A stretch of 64,000 nt of DNA from a virus. The notes beneath the pieces are model-generated. The model had not been told where the DNA came from. It searched no databases and saw nothing but the letters and a program-made list of their open reading frames with translations. Each line of letters starts with the position of its first letter. Within the stretch, counting starts at the first letter, position 1. The position numbers and the translations under genes were made by a program. Location: positions 35,867 to 99,866 of the IMG/VR virus record IMGVR_UViG_3300035670_000086; one strand, given 5' to 3'. This document shows, piece by piece, positions 48,521 to 56,930 of this stretch.

Positions 48521-49251
48521 AAAAAATCAGCACCTATCGGCAAGTCTACAACATTATGAGCCTTGCATTCAGTACACTCAAATTTAACCTTAGTTTGTAC
48601 CCCATAAGAAGCCCCTGAAATGGAGTTTATGATAGTATGAATATCTTTTAAGGGTAGACGAGGATCTGATAGGAATTTAGATATTAGGGTCTTATCTGTG
48701 CTACCATCTACTGAAGTTACGAATCTCCACAGGTTATCAAATACTTTAGTTTTATCTAAAAAGTACTGCTCATGTGCAACTCTGGGGAAGATAACCTTTA
48801 CTTTCTTTTGGAGAACTGGTAGGGTTATCTCTCTAGGATCTAAAACTTCATCAGGGATGTATTCTACTGGTAAGGACATTAATGGAATATCCATACCGTT
48901 TTCTGCGTTACATTCAGAGCAGATAGTTATTGCTTTGTAAATATCCCCATAGGAAATTGCTCTTAAGTTGAAGATAAGAGCCAACTTATCCAGTAATAAC
49001 AAATCATCTATATCAACGCCTTCTACACATCTGGACAAGACAATATTAATTGGATCCGTTACTTTTCCTTTTGCTAGAGCGATTGCTTTTTCATCCTCTA
49101 GATTCATCGGACGGATTTTAATCCCTGTAGAATTTTTATAGAATTTACCATTAGAAGGTAAATTTACTTTTTTATCTATTTCTACAGGTAAATGTTCAAA
49201 TAATTTATCTAAGTCTTGATTATTATTTACTGGTATGTTTGGTATTTCCAT
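48508..49251 (-). CDS. gp26: Baseplate hub assembly chaperone (gp26-like)
   Basis: LPSNGKFY, IRPMNLEDEK, LLLDK...NLRAISYG, two CxxC pairs, C-terminal DFF. Confidence 0.8.
   Translation of the reverse strand: MEIPNIPVNNNQDLDKLFEHLPVEIDKKVNLPSNGKFYKNSTGIKIRPMNLEDEKAIALAKGKVTDPINIVLSRCVEGVDIDDLLLLDKLALIFNLRAISYGDIYKAITICSECNAENGMDIPLMSLPVEYIPDEVLDPREITLPVLQKKVKVIFPRVAHEQYFLDKTKVFDNLWRFVTSVDGSTDKTLISKFLSDPRLPLKDIHTIINSISGASYGVQTKVKFECTECKAHNVVDLPIGADFFTVN
48520..48526 (-). promoter_or_regulatory. Putative -1 ribosomal slippery heptamer U UUU UUU
   Basis: GAT TTT TTT ACC at the end of gp26; a -1 slip gives TAC CGT GAA..., open for 58 codons. Confidence 0.65.
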
Positions 49252-49294
49252 ATATTAACTTATATCCTTAATATGAATATATTATAGGCGAAAA

Positions 49295-50710
49295 ATGAAA
49301 ATTTTTATAAAAAACTTAAATTCCCGAATAGAAACTGATAACCCACGGTTACTTAAAGCCCTCGTAGATAGATATACCCATTCGATTCCCGGAGCTAATT
49401 ATTCAAACGCATACAAACGAGGACATTGGGACGGTAAAAAATATTTCATCCACCCGCGCACGGGAGAGTTTAAAACTGGGTTGTTAGATTTAGTTTTGGC
49501 AGATTTAAAACTTATTGAGTGCGAGCCAGAACTTATCTACGAAGAACCAATTGAGCCAAACATTAAACTTCAAGATCATACCTTTGACGGATGGGATCTT
49601 CATGATTACCAAGAGGCTCTTGTTGGTCAGGCTCTAGATAATAAGCGTTGCGTAATAAAATCTCCGACAGGCTCTGGTAAGACATTGATCATGGCTTCGG
49701 TCATCAAGGCGTTCGGCCCACAAGCAAAAATCCTCTGTCTGTTCACCAAGAAACAGTTGATCAACCAGACCTACGAGTTCTTGGTCAAGAAGTCCCCCGC
49801 AGGCGTAGAACTAACCAAGACAAAGGAATTTTCCGTAGGAGTTTCGTTCTCAGAAGGTTTTGAATACGGTAACATAATGTTATGTTCCGTTTACAGCCTA
49901 GAGCGTTTAATTGGCACTCCGCACGAGCGTCCAGATGTTTTAATTGTAGATGAATGCCATGAATTCTCTAAAGGTAAACTTACATCTGAAGCCATCAGTT
50001 CTTTCCCTACAGCTAAGTACCGTATTGGATTTACTGCAACTCCTCCTACCGAAGCAATTCCCAAATATACCTTGCATGGTGGGCTGGGGCCTGTTATAAC
50101 CGAAGTAGACACATCATCCTTAATCGAACGAGGGATGCTGGCAAGACCATTTGTTCAAATACTACCGTTACACACTTCTGCTGATGATCATCTTGATATG
50201 GACTACCGTGGAGTTTACGATAAGTATATTGTGAACAACGAGATGAGAAACCAAGCAATCACATCTATTGTGGGAACTGTTAAAGCAAAAACTCCAGCAG
50301 CGAAAGTATTGATTTTAGTAAACAGTTTAGAACACGGTCAAAACTTAATGCAAAAGATTCCAGAGGCGAAGTACTTACAAGGCTCTGACGATCTGCGTGA
50401 ACGGAACAAGATTATCAAAGACTTTAAAACTAAGAACGAGTTTAAAGTATTGATTGGAACTAAGATTCTGGAAACAGGCGTTAACATTCCAGAAATCACT
50501 CACTTCATAAATGCTAGAGGTCTGTTCTCCGAGATCGCCACAATACAGGCACTTGGGCGTGCGCTTAGACTTAACGATTTTTCCGAAAAAGTTTATGTGT
50601 ACGACTTCTATGATGAGGTAAAATATTTAAGTACTCATTCAAGAAAAAGAAAAAGTACCTATAAGAATCAAGGACATGTAATAGAAGTATTACCTAGAAT
50701 AGAATACTAA
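49295..50710 (+). CDS. uvsW: SF2 DNA helicase (UvsW-like)
   Basis: WDGK, DYQ, SPTGSGKT, DECH, GFTATP, TGVNIP, QALGRALR. Confidence 0.9.
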   Translation: MKIFIKNLNSRIETDNPRLLKALVDRYTHSIPGANYSNAYKRGHWDGKKYFIHPRTGEFKTGLLDLVLADLKLIECEPELIYEEPIEPNIKLQDHTFDGWDLHDYQEALVGQALDNKRCVIKSPTGSGKTLIMASVIKAFGPQAKILCLFTKKQLINQTYEFLVKKSPAGVELTKTKEFSVGVSFSEGFEYGNIMLCSVYSLERLIGTPHERPDVLIVDECHEFSKGKLTSEAISSFPTAKYRIGFTATPPTEAIPKYTLHGGLGPVITEVDTSSLIERGMLARPFVQILPLHTSADDHLDMDYRGVYDKYIVNNEMRNQAITSIVGTVKAKTPAAKVLILVNSLEHGQNLMQKIPEAKYLQGSDDLRERNKIIKDFKTKNEFKVLIGTKILETGVNIPEITHFINARGLFSEIATIQALGRALRLNDFSEKVYVYDFYDEVKYLSTHSRKRKSTYKNQGHVIEVLPRIEY

Positions 50711-50934
50711 TGATTAATAAACAAGAACAAGAAAAAAGTTTTGCTTTCTTATCTGAGGAAGAACAAAGAACTCTAGAAACAATTTCTATTGCTCTACAAG
50801 ATATAGCTAAAAAGAAAAACCTTACCGATGAGATGGTAAGGTCTTTAGATAATGCTGAGAGGGATATCTCAGTTATTAGAAATAAGGTTATCTGGAAATA
50901 TATTAATGTCCTAAAATTGGGAACTATTGTTTAG
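50710..50934 (+). CDS. Small helical hypothetical protein
   Basis: TAATG coupling to the helicase gene. Confidence 0.6.
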   Translation: MINKQEQEKSFAFLSEEEQRTLETISIALQDIAKKKNLTDEMVRSLDNAERDISVIRNKVIWKYINVLKLGTIV

Positions 50935-51280
50935 TAGCTTTCATGATATTAATATCAGCTTCTAATTTTTGAGTTAGCTTAAGAACTTCTTTAGCAGTTT
51001 CTTGAATATCTTTTTGATTCTCTAATGCTATTTTAAGTAGTTCTTTTTGGTTCTCTAATACTTGTTCTAGCTTTATTCCTGATTGAAGATCGTACTTAGT
51101 TTTTAGGTCACTATTAAATTCAGTTTTCATCCAACTTAGTTTAGTTTCTAGTTCAGCTTTAACAGCATGAGCGTTTTCAACTGATCTAAACTCAATATAC
51201 CCTGCAACGGACCCGACACAGGCTATTACTGCGATTGTCCATTTGACCATATCTCTTGTAACTGAATTTGCTGTAACCAT
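50924..51280 (-). CDS. Membrane-anchored coiled-coil protein (possible lysis accessory)
   Basis: N-terminal hydrophobic WTIAVIACVGSVAGYIEF followed by a coiled coil; last gene of the fibre operon. Confidence 0.55.
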   Translation of the reverse strand: MVTANSVTRDMVKWTIAVIACVGSVAGYIEFRSVENAHAVKAELETKLSWMKTEFNSDLKTKYDLQSGIKLEQVLENQKELLKIALENQKDIQETAKEVLKLTQKLEADINIMKATKQ

Positions 51281-51283
51281 AAA

Positions 51284-51505
51284 TTAACTCCATTCACCGT
51301 CTACTTTTATACTGGGTTTGGTATATTTATATATACCACTTTCCCTACGATAGACAGTAGTTATTCTCCAAGTTCCATTATCTTTTATCCAAAGAAGCGT
51401 TGTGCCTACTAGTTCAGGAGCAGGTTGAGGTTGTGATGTAGCTTGTATAGATAAAGAACCTAATTCTTCCTGCGCTCCATCGAAAAATCTTCTACTAGTT
51501 GCCAT
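51284..51505 (-). CDS. Small tail-fibre-associated protein
   Basis: WIKDNGTW and IKVDGEW hairpin motifs. Confidence 0.5.
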   Translation of the reverse strand: MATSRRFFDGAQEELGSLSIQATSQPQPAPELVGTTLLWIKDNGTWRITTVYRRESGIYKYTKPSIKVDGEWS

Positions 51506-52353
51506 TACTGCTCCTCATAAGCCATTAGTAAAACGCCAGCAAAGGTTGTAGTAGTTGAGTTTCCTTCGGATGCCATTAAAGATAAATTAGTTTGTCTATC
51601 TAAATCTCCCGCATATCCAAGAAAGTTACCAGAGATCATATCACAAATATGAGGACCATCCGTATTATTAATTGGGATTAAAAATAATGGTTTAAATAAA
51701 GTTATGCCTATAACACCAGCAGTTCCTGTAGTTGCCGCGAGTGTTATAGATTGGACACTTCTTACTCCAGTATCTCCAGCTTGTAATGATGGTATAAGTA
51801 TCCTACCAGCTTCTCTATATCCTGATCCCCCAATTTGAATTGCAGGACTAGTTCTACCAGAAGTACCTGCTTGATTAGTGTAACTAACAGTTACAGTTGT
51901 ACCTGTCGATCCTACCTGTGTGTATATTTCTATAGCCATCATTACTCCGATACCATCAGTAAACCGAGGTAATGCTGCTGTTGGCAAATTTGTAGTTTGT
52001 GCTCCAGTTCCTGTAGCGTTTAATCCACCTTGATGACTTAACCTATCCACAACTATGTAACATCCTTGAGAAAATCCTCCTGCCGCAGGATTAACTCTTG
52101 CACCTAAAATACTATAAGGTCCTGAAGCAGTAGAATGCACATCAAAAGGGTAATTTACATTCGCTATGGTTTCTGAGTAAGAACTAGCATATAATGCAGT
52201 TGCTGTGGTGGGAGCAGCATAAGCACTAACTACTCCAATCGAATAAAGAGAAGCTAATCTAGGAGCAGAACCTCTAGTACCAGTGAATGCAAGATTACTA
52301 ACTGTTCCTTCAGCTAGTTTATGTGTGAATAACTCTAAAGAAGATATTATCAT
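51505..52353 (-). CDS. Putative minor tail / receptor-binding protein (paralogue A)
   Basis: DRL..GG.NAT, YTNQAG..G, GDTGVRSV, TTGTAG, KPL. Confidence 0.6.
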   Translation of the reverse strand: MIISSLELFTHKLAEGTVSNLAFTGTRGSAPRLASLYSIGVVSAYAAPTTATALYASSYSETIANVNYPFDVHSTASGPYSILGARVNPAAGGFSQGCYIVVDRLSHQGGLNATGTGAQTTNLPTAALPRFTDGIGVMMAIEIYTQVGSTGTTVTVSYTNQAGTSGRTSPAIQIGGSGYREAGRILIPSLQAGDTGVRSVQSITLAATTGTAGVIGITLFKPLFLIPINNTDGPHICDMISGNFLGYAGDLDRQTNLSLMASEGNSTTTTFAGVLLMAYEEQ

Positions 52354-53195
52354 GCTTGCACCGTAGAAATTGCACCAAAAAAGTCTGGGATTGAAGTTGT
52401 GAACGCGAAGAACAAAAATGATAATGCAGTTCCGTTAGGTATGTTAGGCAAGGCAGGCAATCCTGTTGTAAAATCTCTCCAGCCTAAACTACCTGCGTTT
52501 CCTATGGGAATGTATGATATGGGTTTTCCTATTACTATACTAAAGTTACCCGCTGTTCCAGTTGTTCCATTTAGTTGAAATTTAGTAACAGCTCTTACTC
52601 CATGATCATTGCCTGATAAAGAAAAGAATTGTGCTCTAGATACTGTGTTAAATCCAGTACCTCCAATAGTTGCAGTTCCACTAGCTGTATTACCATCCTG
52701 ATTTATGTATTCCATTGTTATAGTTCTTGCAGTAGAACCTATGGCAGTATTAATTTCATAGAATACTATATTACCTTCACCACTTGTATTTCTAGTTATT
52801 TCTGGGCTTGGAGGATTATCTTGTACAGTTGTTACTGTTGTCGCAGTAGCATTAAATCCGCCCATTTCAAATAATCTGTCATACAAAATCAATGTGCCTG
52901 CTTGTGTACATGCTCCTCCTGCTTGAATTAGATACTTATCAAATCCTGCGGAAGCGTCTGTAAGAGTTATAGCACCAATAGATGACCCATAAATAACTGA
53001 TGCTGTAGTTGGCACTGCTCCAGCGGCAGGGTATCCTTCATATCTCCAAAGTGAAATCATTCTTCCTGCTATGGGAGCAGTAGCAACAGCACCATTGATT
53101 CTACCATTCTTATAATAAAATATAGTTTCAGGAGCACCCGAAGCACCGCCAGTAAATTTATGAATTAGATCCGATAAGTCTTGTATTTGTCCCAT
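52350..53195 (-). CDS. Putative minor tail / receptor-binding protein (paralogue B)
   Basis: YDRL..GG.NAT, YINQDG, DHGVRAV, TTGTAG, KPI. Confidence 0.6.
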   Translation of the reverse strand: MGQIQDLSDLIHKFTGGASGAPETIFYYKNGRINGAVATAPIAGRMISLWRYEGYPAAGAVPTTASVIYGSSIGAITLTDASAGFDKYLIQAGGACTQAGTLILYDRLFEMGGFNATATTVTTVQDNPPSPEITRNTSGEGNIVFYEINTAIGSTARTITMEYINQDGNTASGTATIGGTGFNTVSRAQFFSLSGNDHGVRAVTKFQLNGTTGTAGNFSIVIGKPISYIPIGNAGSLGWRDFTTGLPALPNIPNGTALSFLFFAFTTSIPDFFGAISTVQA

Positions 53196-53210
53196 GATTA
53201 CTCCTTAACA

Positions 53211-53606
53211 TTAATCAAATATTTTGTCTAGTGTTATTTCCCCTAAATCTGCATCTGAATCACTTTCATTTAAAACATCAAATATTATGACTCCAAAACT
53301 ACTAGCTATCCATCTAAAATATATAGTATCTCCATTTACAACACTAAAAGTACCCCCATCAGGGGATATAAGAATTGCGCTTCCCCCATTTTTTATGTAA
53401 TATAAGTCTCCTCCATCATTAGCAATCAATAATAATCTTAGAGTTATTGTTGTGTTAATACCTGCAATTAATTTAGATGAACTATCAACTTCAGGTGCAG
53501 CTAGACCCACATATTCAGTAAAATCAGTAGTACAAGTTACATCACTACCACCACCAGTTGATTTCTTGGCTAACATACCAACCTTAAATGCCATGCCACC
53601 AAACAT
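53211..53606 (-). CDS. Hypothetical tail-fibre accessory protein
   Basis: Start taken at MFGGMAF (TAATG coupling with the upstream fibre gene). Confidence 0.55.
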   Translation of the reverse strand: MFGGMAFKVGMLAKKSTGGGSDVTCTTDFTEYVGLAAPEVDSSSKLIAGINTTITLRLLLIANDGGDLYYIKNGGSAILISPDGGTFSVVNGDTIYFRWIASSFGVIIFDVLNESDSDADLGEITLDKIFD

Positions 53607-55696
53607 TAGAAGTTTTGACCTCCAACAAATCCATACCAAGTAGTTCCGTTATCAGGTGATACGAAACTTAAAATATCTACTTTACCATTAGTACTTGTTA
53701 GTGTTGGCCCCGTTCCACTAGGCCATTTTACAGATGCAGGCCAAGAAATAGTTCTTGCTGTTCCGTCAGCAGTTAGAATAAGTGTAAATCCTTGAACTGT
53801 GTTAGCTCTAGAATCTGTATTGCTTATCGTTAATGTTGAAATGTTAGAGTTTAGCGATACAGTGAATACTTGTGAATTATTCAGATCAAGGGTAAGAGCA
53901 CTACTAGAAATAGTGGGAGCAGATTTAGATTCAGAATAATCTGTCATTCTAACTGCACTAACATCTCCACTGGCTGTAGTCAATAACCCAGTTACTGTAA
54001 ACCCGTTAGGTGCTTGTTGTGCATTTAAAGCGGAAGTGGCACTAGTGGCGTTTAAAGATTCTGTTGCACTAGTGGCATAAGTCCAAACCAAAGTTCCAGA
54101 CGGTAAGTTGTAATAATTAGTTGCAGATACAGATGGGACTTGTAAAGCTACTACATCTGTTTGTAAATATATATCACCATCTGACCCACCCGTGGGAACA
54201 GCACTACCATAAGTGTATGCAAACAATGCAGCAGATGCAGTCCAAACAGAACCATTGTACATTAGTGCTTGTCCTGCTGTGGGAACTAATGTGGCTGATA
54301 ATGGTGATCCTCTTAAAGAAGATGCATCTGCTATTCCACCACCACCTCCAAATACAGAAGATGGAACTATTGTGTAGTATGAATTTATTGTATCCCAAGC
54401 TAATATATCACCATCAGAAAGGGGAACCGATCCTACATCAATAGCATATCCATTTAGTGATGATGCATCCGACTGTGGTAGATTTATATAATTTGTTGCA
54501 GATACTGTTGTTGCAGATGCTGTTCCTGTAACATACAGATTATTATTGATTTGCATCTGCGCTTGGAAATAACTCTTGCCTTGAACATAGAGTCTAGCGT
54601 CAGCAGGAGCAGAATAAATACCGGATGCAATATCAAAACTATTTTTAACTACTCCACCATCTACGGATAGTGTAGTTCCTGATAAAGTAGTTGATCGAGT
54701 TGTCCCAGTTACTACAAACCCAGCGGGAGCTTGTGTTGCATTTAGTGCTGATGTTGCGCTTGTAGCGTTTAGTGCCGAGGTAGCACTTGTGGCGTTCAAG
54801 GCCAGTGTAGATGATCCAGCTAAATCAGCATACCCAGCAGAAGCCCAAACTATTACGCTTGAAGGTAAATTAATATAATTTACAGCAGATACTGTTGTTG
54901 CACTAACTGTTTGAAAGTAAAAAGCCGAGTTAACAGAATCACCAGAAGCATTAATATAATTTGTATTTAGTGTGGCTAAATCCCAGTGAACCGCAGAAGC
55001 TAAGTGATTAGATACGGTAGAACTTAGAGCATTGTTTGTAGCGGATAGAACATACTGAGGATGGTCATTATCTGATAAACCTAATATTGACCCGTGGTCA
55101 ATTTCCGCTTGTGTAAAGTGTACAGAAGCACTAGTTATGTGGTCATTTACTAATGAACTTAATGTGTTATTAGTAGAAGATAAAACATATTGTGGGTGAT
55201 CATTATCTGACAGTCCTAAGATACCGCCGTGGTCAATTTCTGCTTGTGTAAAGTGTACAGAAGCACTAGCAATGTGGTTTGATACAGTAGAACTTAAAGT
55301 ATTGTTTGTAGCGGATAAAACATACTGGGGATGGTCATTATCCTCTAGACCAGTCAATGCTCCGTGGTCAGTAACACCACCTCCACCACCCGCAGCAATG
55401 GTAGATGCAGTCCAAACAGATCCGTTGTAAACTAATGCTTGATTTGTTATTGGAACTAATGTGGCAGATAGTGGAGATGATTGTAGTGCAGAAGCATTCC
55501 ACTGTGCAGTTGTGTTTCCTAGATTTAAATATGTCGTTGCAGATACTGTTGTTGCGCTTAGTGTCCCCGTTACAATAAAACCATTCGGAGCTTGCGCCGA
55601 ATTTAGTGCAGATGTAGAACTAGTAGCTAGACCAGCAGATCCAGCACTTGTTGCATAATCAACACTAGATGGGGATGGCGCAAAAAATATTGACAT
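53606..55696 (-). CDS. Tail fibre protein
   Basis: DHG.L.GL.DNDHPQY repeats, ATSALN repeats, C-terminal TISWPASVKWPSG..PTLT...DILSF...G.TWYG domain. Confidence 0.8.
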   Translation of the reverse strand: MSIFFAPSPSSVDYATSAGSAGLATSSTSALNSAQAPNGFIVTGTLSATTVSATTYLNLGNTTAQWNASALQSSPLSATLVPITNQALVYNGSVWTASTIAAGGGGGVTDHGALTGLEDNDHPQYVLSATNNTLSSTVSNHIASASVHFTQAEIDHGGILGLSDNDHPQYVLSSTNNTLSSLVNDHITSASVHFTQAEIDHGSILGLSDNDHPQYVLSATNNALSSTVSNHLASAVHWDLATLNTNYINASGDSVNSAFYFQTVSATTVSAVNYINLPSSVIVWASAGYADLAGSSTLALNATSATSALNATSATSALNATQAPAGFVVTGTTRSTTLSGTTLSVDGGVVKNSFDIASGIYSAPADARLYVQGKSYFQAQMQINNNLYVTGTASATTVSATNYINLPQSDASSLNGYAIDVGSVPLSDGDILAWDTINSYYTIVPSSVFGGGGGIADASSLRGSPLSATLVPTAGQALMYNGSVWTASAALFAYTYGSAVPTGGSDGDIYLQTDVVALQVPSVSATNYYNLPSGTLVWTYATSATESLNATSATSALNAQQAPNGFTVTGLLTTASGDVSAVRMTDYSESKSAPTISSSALTLDLNNSQVFTVSLNSNISTLTISNTDSRANTVQGFTLILTADGTARTISWPASVKWPSGTGPTLTSTNGKVDILSFVSPDNGTTWYGFVGGQNF
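54985..55370 (-). repeat. Three 135-nt (45-aa) His-rich tandem repeats
   Basis: DHG units start near 55369, 55234 and 55099. Confidence 0.9.
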
Positions 55697-56919
55697 TAGA
55701 CATACTCCGTTACCTGAGCAGTTCCGTTTGCACTAGCCCATATTCCGTAAATAGTATTTGTTACTATAAGTTGCTGATCTAAGAGTAAGAATGATCCTGC
55801 TGGCATTTCTATGAATGCATTAGTCGTAGTTGCAGGACTTGTGAATGACAAGTACAATTTTTGAGTAGATGTGTTACTTATACTAAATCCTTTTCTGTTT
55901 GCGTTAGAAGCTAGGATTGTAACACTAGTTGCACTTGATAGAACCGATGCTGTTGTTGGAGTTCTAGCAGTTACGCTTGTAGGAATGTCATTGCTTGCAC
56001 TAACACCTATAGGTTGTGTAAAGCTGACTGGAACTGCTGTGGCAGCACTAACAGCTATTGTTTTTGTAATGTCTACAGGAAGAGCATTAGATGCACTAAC
56101 AGCAACTGTACCAGAAACTCCTACGGGTACAGTAGTTTTTACATTGAATGTGTCAGTAGAACTTACACCAATCGGTTGTGAGAAGCTAACAGGAATGGCT
56201 GAGTTAGCACTAACAGCCACAGTGCCCGAAACTGCTACAGGTGCTGTTGTTATTACATCAAAGACATCAGTTGAACTTACACCGATAGTCTGAGAAAAGC
56301 TAACAGGTAATGCAGTGTTTGCACTTACGCCTATTGGTTGTGTAAAGCTAACAGGGAGAGCAGAATTAGAGCTTACAGCAAGAGTTTGTGCTACTGTAAC
56401 AGGTATTGATGAGTTTTTAACATTTACATCAAGGTTGCTTACTGAACTAACGCCGATAGCTTGTGATATAGAAACTGGTACTGCTGTAGCTGCACTAACG
56501 GCTACTGTCCCTGATACTCCAACAGGTGCTGTTGTTCTAACATTAAATGTATCAGTAGAGCTAACACCTATTGGCTGTGAAAAACTAACTGGAACTGCTG
56601 TTGCTGCGCTGACGGCAACTGTTCCTGATACACCTACTGGAGCTACCGTTCTAACATTAAGAGTATCTGTAGAACTAACACCTAAGGTTTGAGATACACT
56701 AACAGGTAATGTTGTGGCAGAACTTACAGCAAATGTTTGGGTGGAGCTTACACCTAAAGTATTTGGAGCCGTAATTGGCATTGGATTGGATACAGACACA
56801 TCCGTAGCTGCGCCGTCTGCACCTACACCAATTTTTACCCGTTGATAGAGTATACCTCCAATATCGTCCGCTGCGATACTAGCTCCAGCCCCGGGTGTGT
56901 ATCCAATATTATCTGCCAT
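55696..56919 (-). CDS. Repetitive fibre/spike protein with 8-residue beta-repeats
   Basis: PIGVSSTD/TFNVRTTA/PVGVSG/TVAVSAAT/AVPVSFSQ arrays; C-terminal N.NRKG..ISN...IYGIW domain. Confidence 0.7.
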   Translation of the reverse strand: MADNIGYTPGAGASIAADDIGGILYQRVKIGVGADGAATDVSVSNPMPITAPNTLGVSSTQTFAVSSATTLPVSVSQTLGVSSTDTLNVRTVAPVGVSGTVAVSAATAVPVSFSQPIGVSSTDTFNVRTTAPVGVSGTVAVSAATAVPVSISQAIGVSSVSNLDVNVKNSSIPVTVAQTLAVSSNSALPVSFTQPIGVSANTALPVSFSQTIGVSSTDVFDVITTAPVAVSGTVAVSANSAIPVSFSQPIGVSSTDTFNVKTTVPVGVSGTVAVSASNALPVDITKTIAVSAATAVPVSFTQPIGVSASNDIPTSVTARTPTTASVLSSATSVTILASNANRKGFSISNTSTQKLYLSFTSPATTTNAFIEMPAGSFLLLDQQLIVTNTIYGIWASANGTAQVTEYV

Positions 56920-56930
56920 ATTATTGTTCC

